Source: an uncultured virus (IMG/VR IMGVR_UViG_3300028173_000001) (Duplodnaviria > Heunggongvirae > Uroviricota > Caudoviricetes). From it: 20,000 nucleotides of DNA. The stretch lies in IMG/VR virus record IMGVR_UViG_3300028173_000001, one strand, 5' to 3'. Within the stretch, counting starts at the first letter, position 1. Each line of letters starts with the position of its first letter. The notes below the pieces were generated by a model that saw only the letters and a list, made by a program, of their open reading frames with translations, made no database searches and had not been told where the DNA came from. Positions 16,031 to 20,000 of this stretch are shown here, piece after piece. The position numbers and the translations under genes are program-made.

Positions 16031-16813
16031 ATGAACATCTCATCAATCAGGACCTTCGTCCGCACAACTCTCCTACAAGAAAAAGCACGTACCGCCAAAA
16101 TGGCGTCGAATGACAATTTAGCGTTAGCCGTATACAAGGATCGCGATGGACCTGGCGACATCCTGTACATTCTTTTTGACAGGAGTATGTTTATACATTT
16201 TCTAATTCAGGAAATTAAGGATATGGCCCGCGCAAGTAAAGTGTCAGTCAGCGACATTCTCGCCGATTTTGACGACCATGCCGGGATACTTCCAGATGGA
16301 ATGGCTGGACATGCAGAATCATTCATTATGGGGACGATTGATATAGAAAAAGCGTCAAGTAACAGCAATGGTGCTAGTATGGTGCATGGCCCAGCCGCAT
16401 CGAAAAATTTTGGTCCGCTCATGTATGATATAGCCATGGCGGAAACAGGTGAATTAATGCCAGACAGGCAGCCTGGTGTATCACCGTCAGCTCAGCGCGT
16501 CTGGAAATATTACAAAAACAAGCGCGCTGACGTTGAATCTACGCCGCTAGATAACAAAAAGAAACCCATAACCCCACAAAAATCTGATGACGCCCGCGTA
16601 CACAATCCTGGAAAAGAAAACTTCGGTAATTTTTTGGATTCATCATACCATCTTACGGGCAAAAAACCAGACGTTGAATCAATGATTTCATCATTTAAAA
16701 GACTAGAAAAATACATTGATGTTAAGTTGGGCATTCCAAGTCATGAGCTTGAAGATATTTTGTGGAACGCAGCAGACGAATTTTATAACATAAAACACGA
16801 CACAGAAAACTAA
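16031..16813 (+). CDS. Putative GNAT-fold acetyltransferase-like protein with capsid-targeting-like leader
   Basis: AASKNFGPLMYDIAM...LMPDR..VSPSAQRVWKYY resembles GNAT motif A/B ('G.G..LY...L.sD...S..A..vW'); leader IRTFVRTTLLQE. Confidence 0.55.
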   Translation: MNISSIRTFVRTTLLQEKARTAKMASNDNLALAVYKDRDGPGDILYILFDRSMFIHFLIQEIKDMARASKVSVSDILADFDDHAGILPDGMAGHAESFIMGTIDIEKASSNSNGASMVHGPAASKNFGPLMYDIAMAETGELMPDRQPGVSPSAQRVWKYYKNKRADVESTPLDNKKKPITPQKSDDARVHNPGKENFGNFLDSSYHLTGKKPDVESMISSFKRLEKYIDVKLGIPSHELEDILWNAADEFYNIKHDTEN

Positions 16814-16835
16814 CTCCTACGACTTTCACACACTT

Positions 16836-16842
16836 ATACTTA
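16836..16842 (+). promoter_or_regulatory. Candidate late promoter motif ATACTTA
   Basis: Upstream of chaperone gene. Confidence 0.55.
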
Positions 16843-16844
16843 TG

Positions 16845-16877
16845 TTTACAAGCGTGCATACAGGACTACAGTATGCA
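16845..16877 (+). promoter_or_regulatory. Sigma70-like promoter TTTACA-N16-TACAGT overlapped by inverted repeat TGCATAC/GTATGCA
   Basis: TTTACA 16845-16850, TACAGT 16867-16872, repeat arms 16855-16861 and 16871-16877. Confidence 0.4.
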
Positions 16878-16900
16878 GGTGACAATTACAGGAGTGATAC

Positions 16901-17755
16901 GTGAGCAACAAAAGAGAAGGGAACCATGTTTTCGATGCCCAGCGAGCGCAAGCTAGTGGAATGCAGACAAGAAATGTGATGAGGGAAGATTTTGGAATGG
17001 AAATTCCAGTTGATGCCGCACCACTGCCATCACAGGGGAAAATCTACCCAGAGGGTTCGGCGGCGCACAATTGTGAAACGCTTGAAATCCGGGCCATGAC
17101 GGCAAAGGACGAGGATATTCTAACCAGTCGCGCTCTCCTCAAGAAGGGCACTGTCATCACGGCACTTCTTCGTTCATGTCTGGTAAACAAAGCAGTCCGG
17201 GTTGATCAGCTTATCTCCGGAGACCGTAATGCGCTAATGGTTGCCGTCAGGATTACAGGGTACGGCTCTGATTACGAGGTCGAAATTCCTTGCCCAGAAT
17301 GCGATGTGTCTCAAAAGCAGTCATTCAGTCTTGCAGAACTTCCTATCAAGCGACTCGAAATTGAACCGTCAGAACCAGGCGAGAACAAATTCACCTTTAC
17401 TTTGCCAGTCAGCAAGAAGGTTGTAACGTTCAGGTTCCTAACGGGCGCCGACGAGCAAAATATTGCACTAACGGCAGAGCGAAAAAGAAAGAAGAAGTTG
17501 TCGGGTGATCTCGATAGCATGGTGACCAGTCGGCTCCAGGCAGCCGTTGTTGCCGTTGACAACATCGAAGACCGTTCAAAGCTAGCAATGTTTGTGCATA
17601 ACATGCCAGCCCGAGACAGTCGGGCACTTCGCAAGTTCATGAATGACAATGAGCCGGGCATCGAGATGAAGTGCGTTATGACTTGTGAAAGTTGCTATGA
17701 GTCTTCGGAGGTAGACCTGCCCATCGGCACTTCGTTTTTTTGGCCTGACGCCTAA
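16901..17755 (+). CDS. Tail/baseplate-hub assembly chaperone, T4 gp26-like, with two CxxC motifs
   Basis: GTG start with AGGAG; LPSQGKIYP, IRAMTAKDEDIL, GDRNALMVAVRITGYG, CPEC, FTLPVSKKVVTFRFLTG.DE, CESC, ends FFWP; lies between tube and tape measure. Confidence 0.8.
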   Translation: MSNKREGNHVFDAQRAQASGMQTRNVMREDFGMEIPVDAAPLPSQGKIYPEGSAAHNCETLEIRAMTAKDEDILTSRALLKKGTVITALLRSCLVNKAVRVDQLISGDRNALMVAVRITGYGSDYEVEIPCPECDVSQKQSFSLAELPIKRLEIEPSEPGENKFTFTLPVSKKVVTFRFLTGADEQNIALTAERKRKKKLSGDLDSMVTSRLQAAVVAVDNIEDRSKLAMFVHNMPARDSRALRKFMNDNEPGIEMKCVMTCESCYESSEVDLPIGTSFFWPDA

Positions 17756-17990
17756 CGATAAAGAGGTCTACCTCGAGCCTATATTTGCATTGATGTATTA
17801 CATGGGCTTTACGTTTCATGACGCGATGAATTTGCCGATTTGGCAACGCAAATGGTTTGTACAAAGGTTTGTTACTGAGATTGATTCAAGCAACACATCA
17901 AAAAGTGCGTCTGACAACACTCCAGACCAAAGAGCATTAATGGGACGCCAGAGAGAACAAGTGCCGGCAAGGTTACGTAGATTCACCTAA
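17742..17990 (+). CDS. Chaperone extension ORF (lambda gpT-like); probably expressed as a +1 frameshift fusion with the preceding gene
   Basis: Frame open from 17715; reads (FF)GLTPNDKEVYLEPIFALMYYMGFTFHDAMNLPIWQRKWFVQR; no convincing SD at 17790/17793; T7 run at 17735-17741. Confidence 0.7.
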   Translation, partial: GLTPNDKEVYLEPIFALMYYMGFTFHDAMNLPIWQRKWFVQRFVTEIDSSNTSKSASDNTPDQRALMGRQREQVPARLRRFT

Positions 17991-18003
17991 CTTTTTCGAA
18001 GTC

Positions 18004-18010
18004 ATATTTA
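18004..18010 (+). promoter_or_regulatory. Candidate late promoter motif ATATTTA
   Basis: Upstream of tape measure. Confidence 0.55.
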
Positions 18011-18025
18011 GTATAGAGGTATGGC

Positions 18026-20000
18026 ATGGCAGATGAAGGTTCAGTCCAACTACAAATACAAAATCAAATGAACGAAGCGTTGAAAGCTCGTTCTACTTTG
18101 CTTAATACTCAAACTAAGATTTTGTCGACACAACTTGATTTGGTTGTCAAGATGCGTAATGCTTTGAAAGGTGAGGGCCTCAAAGAAGCACAAAAGGCAA
18201 TTGACGATGTCACCACATCTTTGGACGCAAATGTTATCGCTAGCGAAAAAGCTGCAGAAGGTAACCGTGATCTAGGCACCGCCGCCGCAGAAACTGGTCA
18301 AAAGATGGAGAAGGCAAAAAAGCCTCTGATCACTGGCAAGAAGGTTTTCGGGGCATTTGCTGATGCAATGTCTGCTGGCCTTAGCACAATGACAAATGTT
18401 GGAAGTGCAATCCTTAATATCGCAGGCGCAATCGGCGAGTTAGGAATCACAATCCTATCGACCCCGTTTAAGATATTCGATGCGTTTATTGAAACAGCCC
18501 AAACTCTGCCGAGAAACACCGCAATCGCCGACGCACTCGAAGAAATTAGAGACATTTTCGGTGATATTGCCACAGGGCCAGGAAAAGCTGTCGCAAGCCA
18601 GCTAAACACGATTAGCAAATCAGCAAGAGATCTGGCCGGAACTGGATTGAGTGTTACTCGTGTTTTCGGTTTCGGTGCTGAGGGAATTGCAGGGGCACTC
18701 AAGGCTGTAAACGAATTGGCTCAAGGAACAGGTGAATCGTTCACGCGATTGAAAGGGGTTTTCCAAGAGTCAGGCTTGCAGCTTACGATGATGCAAAAAG
18801 GTTTGGGCGTCACGGCTGAAAACATGGGCCAGTTGATGAATATTGCTGAGCTCCGCGGAAAGGATGTCGGCCGGGCAATCGAGGAATTCTCAAAAATAAC
18901 GCTGCAAACGGCTGAAGAGTTTGGGATGGGTGTCAAAACCATGGCCAAGGGAATGGCAGAGCTTAACATAGATGTCTCGACGTTTGGTCACCTGGGCCCG
19001 AAAGCATTTGCACCGATGGTTGTGTATGCAAAGAAATTGGGTATCGAGGTGAAGCAACTGGCCGGCACGATGAAAAAGTTCTCCGGATTTTCTGACACGG
19101 CAAAGGCTGCATCAGAATTGGCTCAGGGTTTCGGTATGAACATCGACGCTATGAAGCTGATGGCAGCGCAGAATCCTGCCAAGAAAATTGATATGTTGAG
19201 GAAATCATTCTTCAATGCCGGAAACGATATTTCGAAGATGAGCTACCAGCAACGACAATACCTCGAGCAAACAACCGGTCTTGAGGGCACGGCGCTTGAG
19301 GCAGCGTTCTCGCTGGAAAAGCAGGGACTCTCATATGAGAATATTGAGAAGCAAGCCAAAAAAGCCGGCAAGCAACAGATTACACAAAAGAAAGTGATGC
19401 AAGATCTTGGTAAGCAAATCAAGAAACTCAATCACTTGATGAACGTCGAAAAATATGCCGGCTTCTTCGACGCGTTCATCAAAGGCTTCGGTGTCGGTCT
19501 CATGAAGGCAGGCGGAATGCGAGGTGCTCTGAAAGATATCCAGAAGGCACTTCTGAAGGTACACAAAGCAGGCCGAGAAGTCGCGTATATGTTTGTGAAA
19601 TATTTCCCTGGCGTGAAAACTATGCTGTCAGCTATCAGCGAATTGTTTGATCCTGCAAAGATAAAAAACTTCACTGATGGTATAAAGGGCGCATTCGAAA
19701 AGCTGTTCAAGTCTGAAAATGGATGGAGCGCGTTTTTTACAAACATTGAAAAAGTGTTCGAAGAACAAGCAGGTCCTGGCGGAAGCATCCTCACAAAGCT
19801 GAAGACAGGATTTAATAAGTTTGCCGGATTCATCATGAAAGGGGTAGCACTGACGATTGAAACGGCTGCAACGAAGCTGTTTGATACAGTACTGCCAGCA
19901 ATTCAAGGGTTTCTTGACAAGCTAACGGCGGCTATCAAGAAAGAGGCGGGCAAAGGAGCCGATGGCATGAACATATTTGAAATATTGTTCAACATGGGCG
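18026..20000 (+). CDS. Tape measure protein (partial; runs off the window)
   Basis: ATG 18026 with GAGG SD. Frame MADEGSVQLQIQNQMNEALKARS... is open for ~658 codons to the window end; Ala/Gly/Lys-rich helical content; follows the chaperone pair. Absent from the ORF track. Confidence 0.85.
   Translation, partial: MADEGSVQLQIQNQMNEALKARSTLLNTQTKILSTQLDLVVKMRNALKGEGLKEAQKAIDDVTTSLDANVIASEKAAEGNRDLGTAAAETGQKMEKAKKPLITGKKVFGAFADAMSAGLSTMTNVGSAILNIAGAIGELGITILSTPFKIFDAFIETAQTLPRNTAIADALEEIRDIFGDIATGPGKAVASQLNTISKSARDLAGTGLSVTRVFGFGAEGIAGALKAVNELAQGTGESFTRLKGVFQESGLQLTMMQKGLGVTAENMGQLMNIAELRGKDVGRAIEEFSKITLQTAEEFGMGVKTMAKGMAELNIDVSTFGHLGPKAFAPMVVYAKKLGIEVKQLAGTMKKFSGFSDTAKAASELAQGFGMNIDAMKLMAAQNPAKKIDMLRKSFFNAGNDISKMSYQQRQYLEQTTGLEGTALEAAFSLEKQGLSYENIEKQAKKAGKQQITQKKVMQDLGKQIKKLNHLMNVEKYAGFFDAFIKGFGVGLMKAGGMRGALKDIQKALLKVHKAGREVAYMFVKYFPGVKTMLSAISELFDPAKIKNFTDGIKGAFEKLFKSENGWSAFFTNIEKVFEEQAGPGGSILTKLKTGFNKFAGFIMKGVALTIETAATKLFDTVLPAIQGFLDKLTAAIKKEAGKGADGMNIFEILFNMG

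Noticed and set aside
7481..19906. Many antisense and alternative-frame ORFs in the track (e.g. 8930..9520, 11467..11910, 12388..12882, 18298..18702, 19432..19836)
   Set aside because: Shadows of long + strand genes (sheaths, tape measure), with no SD or protein-like motifs.
1..20000. tRNA, rRNA, CRISPR array or DGR template/variable repeats
   Set aside because: No cloverleafs, regularly spaced repeats or long near-identical repeat pairs were seen; intergenic gaps are at most ~125 nt.

Overview
A 20-kb segment of a large contractile-tailed (myovirus, T4-superfamily-like, probably jumbo) phage genome in the standard genetic code. It covers the head-completion/tail morphogenesis module: gp13-like neck, gp14-like head completion, gp15-like tail terminator, two tandem ~1,000-aa tail sheath paralogues, a gp19-like tail tube, a gp26-like tail/hub assembly chaperone with a probable +1 programmed frameshift into the next ORF, and the start of the tape measure gene (missing from the ORF track because it runs off the window). 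Accessory genes are interleaved: a free-standing HNH endonuclease under a hairpin that sequesters its RBS and resembles a terminator, and several proteins sharing an 'MKIT..QLR..I.E'-type leader or related (I/L)-x-E leader. These look like capsid-targeted internal proteins and include ADP-ribosyltransferase-like, GNAT-like and ParB/Srx-like members. There is also a stand-alone ORF resembling a fragment of the major capsid protein (possible decoy). A recurring intergenic ATAnTTA motif is a candidate phage late promoter and in three cases implies leaderless mRNAs. All family calls come from motif recognition, not database searches.
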